DNA of 38,272 bases from Bdellovibrionia bacterium (GCA_044227445.1 JBGAWT010000003.1:1-38272); one strand, 5' to 3'; positions 21,348 through 32,465 are shown, counted from the first letter of the stretch. Program-made: numbers and translations. Notes: a model not told the origin generated them from the sequence alone.

Positions 21348-22298
21348 CTAAGCCCTTACTGGACTCTTTGAACGTGCGCTGTAGCCAGCCCGCCCGCGCT
21401 TGGCTTGGTACTCGGTGATGTAGATCACGATGGAGCTCGCGATGAAGATCGACGAATAAGTTCCAACGACGATGCCCACCATGAGCGTGAATGCGAAGTC
21501 CTCGATGACTTTGCCGCCCAAGAGCCAAAGAGCGAGCACCGTTAGGAACGTGCACATCGAAGTGAGCAACGTGCGACCCAACGTTTCGTTGATCGCGCGG
21601 TTGACCGCTTGGTCAATCTTGAGCTCCGGGTGATGGGCGATCGTCTCGCGAACACGATCGTAAACGATGATCGTGTCGTTGTTCGAATAGCCGATCAGGG
21701 CCAAAAGAGCGGCCAAGATCTGAAGGTCAAACTGCTTTTGCGTGAGAATGAAAATCCCCAGCGTCAGCACGGAATCGTGGAAGAGTGCCAACACCGCGCC
21801 TGGGGCATAACGGAAATCGAATCGAACCGTCACGTACACCAAGATGCAAAGCAGGGCGTAGAACATGGACAGAAAGCCGCTCATCCGCAGCGAGCTGCCG
21901 GCCGCAGGACCCACGACGTCCACGCGCTGGATCTCGTATTCGCCCTTTTGAAGCTTCTGGCCCAAGACCGCTTCAACCTTTTGAGAAACCTGATTGAGCG
22001 AACCTTCGCCGCCGTGAACTTTGATCAAAAACTCGCGCGAATTAGGCTCGCCGATCTGCTGGACCTTGATATCGCCTAAGCCCGCAGCCGAAAGCGTGCT
22101 GCGCAACTGACCGATGTCCCAGGTTTGAGGCACGCGCAGCTGCACTTCGGCGCCACCGGTGAAGTCGATGCCGTAATTCAGTCCCTTGGTAAAAAACAGG
22201 GCTAATGTTCCGACGATCGCGACTACGGAAAGCCCCAACCAGATGCGTCGCTTACCTACGAAATCGATCTTGGTTCCAGGCCGAATGATTTCAAACAT
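21348..22298 (-). CDS. secF: Protein translocase subunit SecF
   Basis: GIDFTGG, IGYSNNDTIIVYDRVRE and GTYSSIFIA motifs. Confidence 0.97.
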   Translation of the reverse strand: MFEIIRPGTKIDFVGKRRIWLGLSVVAIVGTLALFFTKGLNYGIDFTGGAEVQLRVPQTWDIGQLRSTLSAAGLGDIKVQQIGEPNSREFLIKVHGGEGSLNQVSQKVEAVLGQKLQKGEYEIQRVDVVGPAAGSSLRMSGFLSMFYALLCILVYVTVRFDFRYAPGAVLALFHDSVLTLGIFILTQKQFDLQILAALLALIGYSNNDTIIVYDRVRETIAHHPELKIDQAVNRAINETLGRTLLTSMCTFLTVLALWLLGGKVIEDFAFTLMVGIVVGTYSSIFIASSIVIYITEYQAKRGRAGYSARSKSPVRA

Positions 22299-22309
22299 GA
22301 TTCCCTCGC

Positions 22310-24016
22310 TTAAATGCTGATCGTCGCGGCGTCGCGGCGTTCCAGCACCCTGAGATATGCGTCAAACAAGACTTTGCAAACGAACACAGCCGTAAAGAGC
22401 GTCGTCACGATGCCGATGAGCAGCGAAACGGCAAACCCCTTGATCGGGCCCGTGCCGTAAAGCAGGAGCACGACCGCTGCGGCGGCGTTCGTCACGTTGG
22501 CATCGAAGATGGTTCGGAAGGCTTTTTGAAATCCCGAATCCACGGCGGCGCGTGGTCGCTTTCCGAGCCTGAGCTCTTCGCGAATACGCTCGTACACCAC
22601 CACGTTGGAGTCCACCGCGATACCCACAGTCAGCGCGATACCCGCGATACCGGGGAGGGTCAGCGTCGCTTCCAAGCCCACTAAGCTTGCGATGACGAGC
22701 AGGACGTTAAACACCAACGAGACGACAGCGATTGCGCCGCTGACCCGATAGTAAAAGAGCACGAACATGAACACGAGCAAGCTTCCTACGAGGCTAGCCG
22801 TTGCGCCCTTCTTAATGGAGTCTTGCCCAAGCGATGGGCCGACCACGCGTTGCTCCAAAAACTCCAGCTGCGCAGGTAGCGCGCCGGCCCGAAGTACGAT
22901 GGCCAAGTCGCGAGCTTCTTTCATCGTGTGTTCGTAGTCGCGCTGACCCAACGTGATCTGGCCTCGCGCGCCGATCGGCCCGTTGATCACAGGCGCTGAA
23001 TGCACGATGTTGTCCAAAACGATGGCCAAGCGCTTTTTCTTGTTGGCGGTCGTTAACTTCTCGAACGCCACGGCGCCCTTGGGATTGAAGGTGAAATTCA
23101 CGACTGGTTCCTGGCGCTCGCCAAATCCGACGACGGCGTCCTGGAGATCATCGCCTGTGACGTCGGCGTGCGTATTGAGCAGATAAGGTAGCTTCATCTG
23201 AGCTTCCTCGCCCTTGCCACGTTCAAAGGCGATCTCGCGGCCCTCGGGCAGCTTGCCCTTCAGCGCCTCGTTCACTTTACGAACGTACTCAGAGAACTTC
23301 TCGCCTTCTTTAAAAGCGAAGCCGCCTTTTTTCTCAGCTTCCGTAACCCACTGCGAGAGCTCTTGAGGCGACTTGGAATCGTCGACAATCTTGAACTCCA
23401 GACGAGCCGTGCGGCCGATCAAATCCTTGGCGCGATCGACTTCGCGAACCCCAGGGAGCTCAACGACCACGCGATCCGTGCCTTGGCTGGCGATAGCAGG
23501 TTCCGAAACACCGAACTCGTCAATACGGTTGCGAATGACTTCGATGGACTGGTTGATCGTCTTATCGCGGACTTCCTGGCGGTACTCGCGCGTGAGACCC
23601 AGCTCAAAGCTTCCTGGCTTTTCGCTGACCAGGCGCAGGACCCAGTATTCCTTCTTAATGACGTCATAGGCGGCGTCGCGCTTGCCCGCATCGAAAGCGA
23701 TCGTGAGATGGGGATCATCCGAAGGAAGATTGGCTGTGACGACTTCGGCATTGGCGGTAGAAAAAGACTTTTCTTTGAATCTTCCGCTCACCGATGCTGC
23801 TTGGCGCGTGACAACGTCCTTAAAGACTTTATTGAAGTCGACGCCCAGAACCAAGTACAGGCCGCCTTGGAGATCGAGCCCCAAATTGACCTTCTGCTTG
23901 AAGGGAAACTTCGTTGTCTCCGGGTTCAGCCCCGAAAGCGTGGGATAGACGTAAACAACCGACATCCCCAAAGAAAACACGAGCAGAGCGAACTTCGCCC
24001 ACCAGCTTCGTCCCAT
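22310..24016 (-). CDS. secD: Protein translocase subunit SecD
   Basis: LGLDLQGG, RNRIDEFGVSEP, LRAGALPA, VGPSLG and AVDSNVVVYERIREE motifs. Confidence 0.97.
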   Translation of the reverse strand: MGRSWWAKFALLVFSLGMSVVYVYPTLSGLNPETTKFPFKQKVNLGLDLQGGLYLVLGVDFNKVFKDVVTRQAASVSGRFKEKSFSTANAEVVTANLPSDDPHLTIAFDAGKRDAAYDVIKKEYWVLRLVSEKPGSFELGLTREYRQEVRDKTINQSIEVIRNRIDEFGVSEPAIASQGTDRVVVELPGVREVDRAKDLIGRTARLEFKIVDDSKSPQELSQWVTEAEKKGGFAFKEGEKFSEYVRKVNEALKGKLPEGREIAFERGKGEEAQMKLPYLLNTHADVTGDDLQDAVVGFGERQEPVVNFTFNPKGAVAFEKLTTANKKKRLAIVLDNIVHSAPVINGPIGARGQITLGQRDYEHTMKEARDLAIVLRAGALPAQLEFLEQRVVGPSLGQDSIKKGATASLVGSLLVFMFVLFYYRVSGAIAVVSLVFNVLLVIASLVGLEATLTLPGIAGIALTVGIAVDSNVVVYERIREELRLGKRPRAAVDSGFQKAFRTIFDANVTNAAAAVVLLLYGTGPIKGFAVSLLIGIVTTLFTAVFVCKVLFDAYLRVLERRDAATISI

Positions 24017-24051
24017 TGCTGAATCCCCTCTTCTGACCTAGGCCAGAGATC

Positions 24052-25604
<1,553 letters not shown>

Positions 25605-26283
25605 TCACACCAAAAAGGGATTCTCTTTGCGTTCGCGGCCAATGGTCGAATTGGGGCCATGGCCGGGGCACACGCGGGTGTCATCATCGCAGCTCAAGAT
25701 GCGCTTTTGGATATTCTCAAACATCTGATCTTGATTGGCACCCCACAGATCGGTGCGCCCCACGCTGCCTTTAAAAAGGGTGTCTCCGGTGTAAAGCGAT
25801 TCGGGAACAGCAAGGCCAGAGTCCTCATGCAACCTCAAACACACGCTGCCAGGCGAATGGCCGGGTGTGTGAGCGACTTCGAACTTAAGCTCGCCCACCT
25901 TAAAACTCTCGCCATCTTCTAAGAATCGATCCACGGGAAGGGGTTCGTCGTATTCCATTCCAAACAGGCGGCCCTGTTCATTCAACGCCCGATATAAAGG
26001 ATCATCGCCCGCGTGCAGCCGGATCTCGGCTTTGGGCCCTAAAGCTTCCTTGAGGCCTCGTGTTGCGCCGATGTGATCCAGGTGCCCATGGGTATGCAGC
26101 AAGCCCACGACCTCAAGAGGACGACCGTCGGGAGTCTTAAGCCCGCCAATCCACTTCGTGAGCTTTGGGGCCTCATCCCCTGGATCGATCACCACAGCGC
26201 GCGCTGTCTTGGGACAAGCAATCACGCGGCAGTTGCAAGCAAAGGGGCCGACCTCAGTCGACCATTCCAAAAAAACGCTCATA
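25605..26283 (-). CDS. MBL-fold metallo-hydrolase (glyoxalase II-like)
   Basis: THGHLDH, HTPGHSPG, TGDTLF and PGHG motifs. Start is ATG 26283 or TTG 26315. Confidence 0.92.
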
Positions 26284-26324
26284 GGCGGGAGGGGTTCTAC
26301 CCAGGAAGAGTCCAAGTATAAAGG

Positions 26325-26906
26325 TCAATTTTTCTTGGGAACGCCAGGAAACGTGATCCTCGCGGGAGGCAGGGAATCGGGCGGCGCCACAGGGCCCGTC
26401 CCCATCTCCGAGCCTTTGCTGCAAAACGGCGTGATGTTGTCCGTTGGGCAGCTCAGGAGCTCGCGAGCCCGAGCTAGGTTTTCGTCCACAGCGTTCAAGA
26501 TCAGCGCGCTATTGACCAGAGCCGAAGTCTGAACCGTTCCCCAGGGCGCAGCGCTGTTGCCGCAAGAGACCGCATCCCCCGTCGTACCCGCGGGACAGGG
26601 CGTGCAATCCGTCGATGCGGGAGGGCAGTACAAAAGACCTGTCGAAATCTGAATGACGACCTGGGTGTTGGAGCTGTTCCCGCCCGTTCCGCCGGTACCC
26701 GTACTCGTGCCATTGCCGCCCGTACCGGGGGTCGTCGAACCTGAGCCTGGGTTGGTACTTCCGCCCCCACGAGGCCCGCCTTCGTCGCCGCCACGGCATG
26801 CCGTGGGATCGCCACCGAGCCCGCAACAGTCGGTCGCGTCTTTGCCGCACATCGCGGAGGCCGCCGTACTCCAAAGCACGAGGAGAAGCGCCGCTCTAAA
26901 ACGCAT
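26325..26906 (-). CDS. Secreted Cys- and Gly/Thr-rich hypothetical protein
   Basis: Signal MRFRAALLLVLWSTAASA, 10 Cys, GT-rich linker. The start overlaps the 3' end of the upstream gene. Confidence 0.65.
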   Translation of the reverse strand: MRFRAALLLVLWSTAASAMCGKDATDCCGLGGDPTACRGGDEGGPRGGGSTNPGSGSTTPGTGGNGTSTGTGGTGGNSSNTQVVIQISTGLLYCPPASTDCTPCPAGTTGDAVSCGNSAAPWGTVQTSALVNSALILNAVDENLARARELLSCPTDNITPFCSKGSEMGTGPVAPPDSLPPARITFPGVPKKN

Positions 26907-27894
26907 AGGTCCCCATGTAATCCAGAAATTTGCCTTCGATGCGCTGGGAGTATTGAGCGTTAAGGCAGGACTCAAATTGGGTGAGATCACCTTTCTTGCC
27001 CTGGCAGGTCGAATCCGCCGCCGCGAGATTTCCGACTAACATCGGAATCTGGTCGAAATTCCCGCGCTCCAAAAGCCAGGTCTTCTCAGCCCGCGAAAAC
27101 ACTTCGCACACGGCGATATCGAACTGAAAGCGCGCAAGCATCTTTCGAGCAGCCGCTAGGTAGCAGGCCGCTTGCTCCGTCTCTGGCTCGTTCTCCAAGG
27201 CGGTGGCTGCATTCACGCCTCCCTGCTCAATCGAGATATCGCACGAAGGCGCACGCCCCGCGTTGACCTCCATATAGCGCTCCACGCCCGTGGCGACTCG
27301 GGCCGAAACCGCCGAGAGCGTCGGATCGTTGGAAGCCGCCTCGCATCCAGATGAGAGATTCAAGACTTTGGTCTGCTTGACTTCGTTTTTTACCTCTTGG
27401 GCTTTTTTCCAAACCAGCTGGACCAGCGCGCCTCTGACCCAAGCTCGCTCCTTGTTGCAGGTCTTAGGATCCGAAACCCCGCAGTCGATGACTCCTGCTT
27501 GAGTCTTAGTGCACGACCACCGGCATTGGCTTGCGCCGCAGGTTTGCGTGAGGTGATTGGTCGTTCGCTCTGCGCCGGAGCCAAACTTGGAGTTCATCAA
27601 ATTACACACAGGAAGTTGAAACTGAACCGAAGGCAGCTGCAAAGGCGCGCCTCCCCCTCCCGTATTGACCTGCCCTGCGATCACCGACTGGCCCGCGTAA
27701 GAACGCGACAGCGCTTCGGTCACCGCGTGATCCACGCCTGATTCGAAATCAGCCAGGTACTTGGCGCAGGACTCAAACGGAGCTTGATCGCAAAGTGCGG
27801 GCACGACCCACGTTCCGCCATCTTGCCTGATAAGCGCGGGCGGGGATGTGGCGGCCCAGGCGCTTGAGATCATCCATGCGATTACCCACGTCAT
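26896..27894 (-). CDS. Secreted Cys-rich hypothetical protein
   Basis: Short signal ending AWA, 14 Cys, TACAAT 6 nt upstream of the ATG. Confidence 0.7.
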   Translation of the reverse strand: MTWVIAWMISSAWAATSPPALIRQDGGTWVVPALCDQAPFESCAKYLADFESGVDHAVTEALSRSYAGQSVIAGQVNTGGGGAPLQLPSVQFQLPVCNLMNSKFGSGAERTTNHLTQTCGASQCRWSCTKTQAGVIDCGVSDPKTCNKERAWVRGALVQLVWKKAQEVKNEVKQTKVLNLSSGCEAASNDPTLSAVSARVATGVERYMEVNAGRAPSCDISIEQGGVNAATALENEPETEQAACYLAAARKMLARFQFDIAVCEVFSRAEKTWLLERGNFDQIPMLVGNLAAADSTCQGKKGDLTQFESCLNAQYSQRIEGKFLDYMGTYAF

Positions 27895-27935
27895 GCCTTT
27901 ATTGTAGCGGAGGCTTCTGGCATCCTAAAGGCTGG

Positions 27936-28349
27936 ATGACCATCCAAGCCTTGTTTTTTCTCATCACATCGCTTGCCGCTGCGGCGCCCCAAAAGGGCGA
28001 CTTGCCCCCCGCTCAGCAGGAAGTAGAGAAAACGCAGACGGAGCTCTTTAAGCGCATCCGCGAAGGCACGCCTCTGAGCGCTCAGGACTCCAAATCCTTC
28101 GGCACCAAGCTTCAGTCGTCATGGGATAAGCGAGCCAGCCAAACTCAGCAGGAGATCGGATCGAAGCAAAAGAAGAACCTACGAAGAATGTTTTCTTTGA
28201 ATGAGGGCAGCGACCAAAGCGCGCCGACCGTAACCGCTCCATCGCGCTCCGAAAAACCAGCGGCGAAGAAAAAGGAAGAACCCGTGGTGCTCGACGCCAG
28301 CGACATTCCGCCCCGCGTGGAGTTCAAAAACAAAAAACGGGGGCGGTAG
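27936..28349 (+). CDS. Small secreted hypothetical protein
   Basis: Signal MTIQALFFLITSLAAA, followed by a Lys/Gln-rich mature part. Confidence 0.6.
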   Translation: MTIQALFFLITSLAAAAPQKGDLPPAQQEVEKTQTELFKRIREGTPLSAQDSKSFGTKLQSSWDKRASQTQQEIGSKQKKNLRRMFSLNEGSDQSAPTVTAPSRSEKPAAKKKEEPVVLDASDIPPRVEFKNKKRGR

Positions 28350-28359
28350 GGTCCCCCGT
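28326..28359 (-). terminator. Rho-independent terminator for the minus-strand barrel gene
   Basis: ACGGGGG/CCCCCGT stem (28337-28359) followed on the minus strand by TTTTTGTTTTT, 7 nt after the stop. Confidence 0.65.
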
Positions 28360-28366
28360 CCTGAAA

Positions 28367-28879
28367 TCAAAAGAAAAAACTGAAGCTCAGTGGGACGATA
28401 TCAACCGTGACACTCGTTCCGACGCCAACGCCGACAAACGGGCGGTAAGTAACCGACTCCGTTATCAGGAAGCGTTTACCCACATGAGCTACGAAACGAG
28501 CCGCGAAGCTCGAAACACCGCCCACCGTGCTTCCGCCCAGAAACGCACCGGCAAACAGGAAAAAGTCATCCTTGATGTTCTCCGTGAACGAGTGGTTGAG
28601 GCGAATACCGATATTCGTCCCGTAAGTGCCACCAGCTGGAGTAATCAAGACTTGAGGCATGAGCACCGCTTGCATGCCTGCTAGGAAATGATAGCCGACA
28701 TCGCCTGCGACATTGATCTGCCAGGCTACCGGATTGAAAGACGTTAAGCTAAACGCGCCCGCCGTCGCACCTAATTCCCAAAGCGTCGGCGAATTGGATC
28801 TCACCGGCGCCGGCGCTGCGAATGCGTTCAAGCTTCCAAAGACTGCGCACAAAGCCACTACATGTTTGAGTTTTTTCAT
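28367..28879 (-). CDS. Small outer-membrane beta-barrel protein
   Basis: Signal ending AFA, amphipathic strands, C-terminal Phe (LSFSFFF). Confidence 0.7.
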   Translation of the reverse strand: MKKLKHVVALCAVFGSLNAFAAPAPVRSNSPTLWELGATAGAFSLTSFNPVAWQINVAGDVGYHFLAGMQAVLMPQVLITPAGGTYGTNIGIRLNHSFTENIKDDFFLFAGAFLGGSTVGGVSSFAARFVAHVGKRFLITESVTYRPFVGVGVGTSVTVDIVPLSFSFFF

Positions 28880-28960
28880 GACCTAGTTCCCCTTTGCCCC
28901 CAATGAGGTGAGAGTGCTGGAGAAAAGTACAAAGAAAAAACATCGAAAAATCCGGGGAAA

Positions 28961-30028
28961 TTAGAGAATTAGCATCGCGTCACCGTAGCTAAAAAAACGG
29001 TAACGCTCACGCACCGCATCTTCGTAAGCGCTTAAGATGAGCTCACGTCCCGCCAACGCGCTGACTAAAAGTAAAAGCGTGCTGCGCGGCAAATGAAAGT
29101 TCGTGATCAGCGCGCCCACCGCTCCAAACTCGTACGCACCGGGTCGAACATAGAGATCCGTACGTCCATCGCCATCGTGAAACACATGCGCCTGACGATC
29201 CCATGCGCTCTCGAGCGTTCGAGCGCTCGTCGTACCTACGGCGACGAGCCGTTTTTTCGAGTTTCGAGCCAGCGTCAGGCGCTCGGCGACTTCCTTCGGA
29301 ATGAAGTAGCGCTCTTCGTGCATCCGATGCTTGGAAACGTCCTCTTCTTTGATGGGCCTGAAAGTCCCAAGTCCCACGTGAAGCGTCAGCTCTTCCCAAC
29401 CCACGCCCTTGTCTTTGAGCGTGCTGAGAACGCTTTCCGAAAAATGCAGGCCCGCCGTAGGCGCAGCAGCGGATCCCAACTCCCGCGCGTAGACTGTTTG
29501 GTAGTTTTTTTGCGCCTCTGGATCTTGAGCCTCGATGTAAGGCGGCAGCGGAAGTTCGCCCACGCCTGCCTGAGTCGGATCTTCGTCAAACCGAGCGACG
29601 ACGGTCCCAAAGGGACTATCGGCCGATCCGCGCACGAGCTCACCCGTCACGCAGACCCCGCCCGTACCCTCGACCCGAAACCTCACGCCCGGCACGTACG
29701 CCGTGCTCGCCTTAAAAAGCCCTTCCCAAAGACGATCTCCCAGCTTTTCGAGCAGGACGAATTCTGTCTTTCCGCCGACTTTCTCTTCGCCACGCTCGGT
29801 GTACACACGACGGCCCAACAATCGCGCGCGCATGACTTGAGTGTTATTGGCGACGAGAACGTCCTGTTTACCAAGATATTCGGGGAGGTCCGTGAAGCGG
29901 CGGTGCTCCCAGCGTCCTTCCTTGCGATGCAGCACGAGTAGTCGAGACGACTCCCTTGGAAACGCGGGTTTTTGCGCGATCAACTCCTCGGGAAGAGAGT
30001 AATCGTAATCGTCGAGACGGTCGGACAT
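28961..30028 (-). CDS. queA: S-adenosylmethionine:tRNA ribosyltransferase-isomerase QueA
   Basis: LPEELIAQ, PLPPYI, AAPTAGLHF, LHVGLGTF, TNFHLPRS and YRFFSYGDAM motifs. Confidence 0.98.
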   Translation of the reverse strand: MSDRLDDYDYSLPEELIAQKPAFPRESSRLLVLHRKEGRWEHRRFTDLPEYLGKQDVLVANNTQVMRARLLGRRVYTERGEEKVGGKTEFVLLEKLGDRLWEGLFKASTAYVPGVRFRVEGTGGVCVTGELVRGSADSPFGTVVARFDEDPTQAGVGELPLPPYIEAQDPEAQKNYQTVYARELGSAAAPTAGLHFSESVLSTLKDKGVGWEELTLHVGLGTFRPIKEEDVSKHRMHEERYFIPKEVAERLTLARNSKKRLVAVGTTSARTLESAWDRQAHVFHDGDGRTDLYVRPGAYEFGAVGALITNFHLPRSTLLLLVSALAGRELILSAYEDAVRERYRFFSYGDAMLIL

Positions 30029-30042
30029 GAAGAGATACTAAT

Positions 30043-31260
30043 TTACCACAGGCGTTTGAGCTGCGCTTCGGGGTAATAGTGCGCCAGGATCTCTTTTGCG
30101 TGCCGCCCCTGCTCGCCCATCGCTTTGGCGCCAAACTGGCACAAGCCCACGCCATGGCCGTAACCGCGGCCTTTGAGTTTCCATTGTCCGCCAGAGATTG
30201 TTACCAAAGCGTCAAAATTAAGGCTCGGAAGCTTCTGCGTTCCGATGCGCTCCCTAAACAATCCGGCATCCATCTGCACTCGGTGCGAACGACCCGACGC
30301 ATCCACGCCTTCGACGCTCACTCGACTCACGCGCCCAGAGGGAGCCTTTTCGATTTCAAAGCGCGCGTTCTGCGGCGGACCCACGATACCCGCTGCGGCG
30401 AGCACGTCTTGGGAGCTCAGGGTCATCTCCCAGGAACGCTTGGGCGAGCCCGAACAAAACGGACAGCTCACGCTCTTGCGATAGCCCTGTTGGCCTCGAC
30501 CCCAAACGTTTTGCGGCAACTCGGTCATGCCCCCGCAAGTGGAGTGGTAGTAAGCCACCAAGGCTCGCGATGTGCTTGATGCGGGTCCTCGGCCCCGACT
30601 GAGCGTTAGCACTTCGCCACGAGTCTGCCTCACGGCTTGCCAGGCCACCCCGTCTTCGCGCTCCATGCCGGTGTAAACTTGGTCGCGTACGCTGGATTCC
30701 ACGTCCCACCTGCGCACACCGCCGCTTTGGATTCGAGCCAGCGCGTAGGAGCGAGCCGCCACGACCTGCGCTTTGACCGCTTCGTAACTCCACTTGGATG
30801 AGAACTCCGCATTCACGAGGCCTGCGAGGTAGTCTTCGATCTTCACGCGATTCACCGCTTGGCAGCCGTGGGAGGTAGCCATCAAAGTCAGCGAGCCTCG
30901 AAACGAGGAAGCTCCCAGCTGAAACTTTCCGTAATACGGACGCACCTCAAGTCGAGCTCCTACGGGCTGAAATCGCTGGGAGTATGCAGAGCGAATTCGG
31001 ACTCCACGCGAATCGCACGCGACGCGCCAGCGCGACCAAGGCTCGCGAGCGGCGATCATGGCGTCGCCTTGAAGGGTTAAGTAAGCGCCAGCGAGTTCCA
31101 TCTCGGGGCGCGCCGAAAAAAGCCTGACTCGGATCTCAGGCTCGGATGACAAGCGAGGCGCCAGATCGTTTACAGGCCCCGGCACAGCCCAGGCCCCGTG
31201 GTTGGCCGTGAACAAGGAGAATGTCATCGCAGCGGAAGCTTGCAAAAGACGTTTGAGCAC
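30043..31260 (-). CDS. SpoIID/LytB domain lytic transglycosylase
   Basis: EDYLAGLVNAE, EAVKAQVVAARSYA, YHSTCGG and GYGHGVGLCQFGA motifs. Confidence 0.93.
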   Translation of the reverse strand: MLKRLLQASAAMTFSLFTANHGAWAVPGPVNDLAPRLSSEPEIRVRLFSARPEMELAGAYLTLQGDAMIAAREPWSRWRVACDSRGVRIRSAYSQRFQPVGARLEVRPYYGKFQLGASSFRGSLTLMATSHGCQAVNRVKIEDYLAGLVNAEFSSKWSYEAVKAQVVAARSYALARIQSGGVRRWDVESSVRDQVYTGMEREDGVAWQAVRQTRGEVLTLSRGRGPASSTSRALVAYYHSTCGGMTELPQNVWGRGQQGYRKSVSCPFCSGSPKRSWEMTLSSQDVLAAAGIVGPPQNARFEIEKAPSGRVSRVSVEGVDASGRSHRVQMDAGLFRERIGTQKLPSLNFDALVTISGGQWKLKGRGYGHGVGLCQFGAKAMGEQGRHAKEILAHYYPEAQLKRLW

Positions 31261-31333
31261 TCCTTTTAGTGTCGGTGATTTAAGAAGGAGGTCAAAGGAA
31301 GTTCAGTATTTTAAGTAGCGCAGCGCATCCTGA

Positions 31334-31993
31334 TTATCGGGAAGGAATCGGCGAGATTTCCTCCCAGCGACGCGCACCAGGGGGATTCACCATCTTGCTC
31401 CAGGGTGAATAAAATCCGCCTTGGATCACGACATTCTGACTGTGAACGCCAAACCACCAGCGCGCTGCGCGCCGAGAGGCACTACTGAGCTCGACGTCGG
31501 GTTGGCATCGAGTCAAAAGAACGTAGACCATGCGCCTTTCGTCCAGCGGCATGAAGTATTGCACTTTGCCCTGCACTTCGGCTGCCCAGCGCTGCTCGAG
31601 GGCCGCGCCTGCATCGCGCGCCCGTTCGTGCTCGGCCCACTTCTCTGGTTGTTTGCGCTGCTTAGCCCAATAGCCCAGTGGATCAAGCCACACGCGAGGC
31701 GTACCCGCTAGCGCCCACACCCCCGCTGAGCGCTCAAACTCGGGGCGCCATTCGCCTAGATTGGCTCCAGGCCTGGGATCGAAGCCTAGGGGCACGGGAC
31801 TCTGCGCCCCAGCTAGGCTCAACTTCAGATCGCATTCCGAACTGATGCTCCACTCGAGGGTCACCCACCTGAGCGAGGCTTCTGCCGCTGCGCGCCAGCC
31901 ATCTGCCAGCGGCCCAGGAACTCCCTCATCGACCGAGATGCGTACGCGTAAAGAATCCCGCACCACAGCAACGGAGAGGGTCGCTATGAGCAC
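31334..31993 (-). CDS. Hypothetical protein, start uncertain
   Basis: ORF with host-like GC up to about 31995. GTG 31993 is preferred over a start inside the low-GC segment. PRVWLDP weakly recalls TroA/ZnuA PHxWLDP. Confidence 0.6.
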   Translation of the reverse strand: MLIATLSVAVVRDSLRVRISVDEGVPGPLADGWRAAAEASLRWVTLEWSISSECDLKLSLAGAQSPVPLGFDPRPGANLGEWRPEFERSAGVWALAGTPRVWLDPLGYWAKQRKQPEKWAEHERARDAGAALEQRWAAEVQGKVQYFMPLDERRMVYVLLTRCQPDVELSSASRRAARWWFGVHSQNVVIQGGFYSPWSKMVNPPGARRWEEISPIPSR

Positions 31994-31994
31994 A

Positions 31995-32465
31995 GTGAGG
32001 CCAATATCGTTAAACAACTGATGAAGCGTGTGGGCGTTGGCGTCTGGAAGTTCACAAAGTACCATAAAGAAGGTAAAGAACAACCTTTACCTGAAAACCG
32101 CAACCTGCAGGTTGCTACGAGCAATTCTTATGCTCAATCAACGTCGAGCAGACGGTACGCCGTAGTTCTATGCTGATGGAACAACCGTTGAGCTGGTACC
32201 TGTGCGCTGTACGGTCTGCACATCACGCCTGTGTTAACCAGCCGCTATCAACAATTACGCCTGCGGTCATGTGGCTCTGCAAGTGCTCTATGGCACAGCA
32301 GAAGTTGATATCTGAAATCCGCCGCCTGAAAAGGGTTCATTCTGCGATGACTCTAAGCAAATCTTGAAGATTTCTTCGCTATTAACATACAGGCGCGTTT
32401 CTGGCACTTATCATGTGCCGTTCTGCTCAAATTTTGCGTCGCTTTCAACGCGTAAATGACGTCAT
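31995..32465 (+). ncRNA. Candidate large structured non-coding RNA or foreign insertion of unknown family
   Basis: About 48% GC (219/460 counted over 32001-32460) against GC-rich flanks. It has many hairpins plus nested long-range helices 32146-55/32418-28, 32226-37/32382-95 and 32246-52/32304-10. G-U pairs favour the + strand. Confidence 0.5.

Noticed and set aside
29093-29941. Long antisense ORFs (282 aa opposite queA; others opposite secD, the 8222 gene and the CoA ligase)
   Set aside because: These are shadow ORFs typical of GC-rich coding strands and carry no recognisable motifs.
31660-31710. Functional ZnuA/TroA metal-binding protein call from PRVWLDP
   Set aside because: The metal-binding His is absent and there are no ABC transporter genes nearby.
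32018-32050. CTGATGA hammerhead-like core
   Set aside because: No GAAA follows the putative stem II, and stems I and III cannot be formed.
32255-32380. Group I intron-like words (TGCGG / AATCCGC / GGTTCA..GACT / GAAGAT)
   Set aside because: The P7 partner (AGUC) is missing and the segment does not clearly interrupt a gene.
32226-32395. Retron msr-msd (about 170 nt closed by a 12-bp inverted repeat)
   Set aside because: No long msd hairpin and no reverse transcriptase in the window.
31995-32465. Identity with RNase P RNA, tmRNA, a group II intron or a Bdellovibrio merRNA-type c-di-GMP-I riboswitch RNA
   Set aside because: I found no GAGGAAAGUCC, tRNA-like ends, domain V or GEMM consensus on either strand. 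Only the size is similar.
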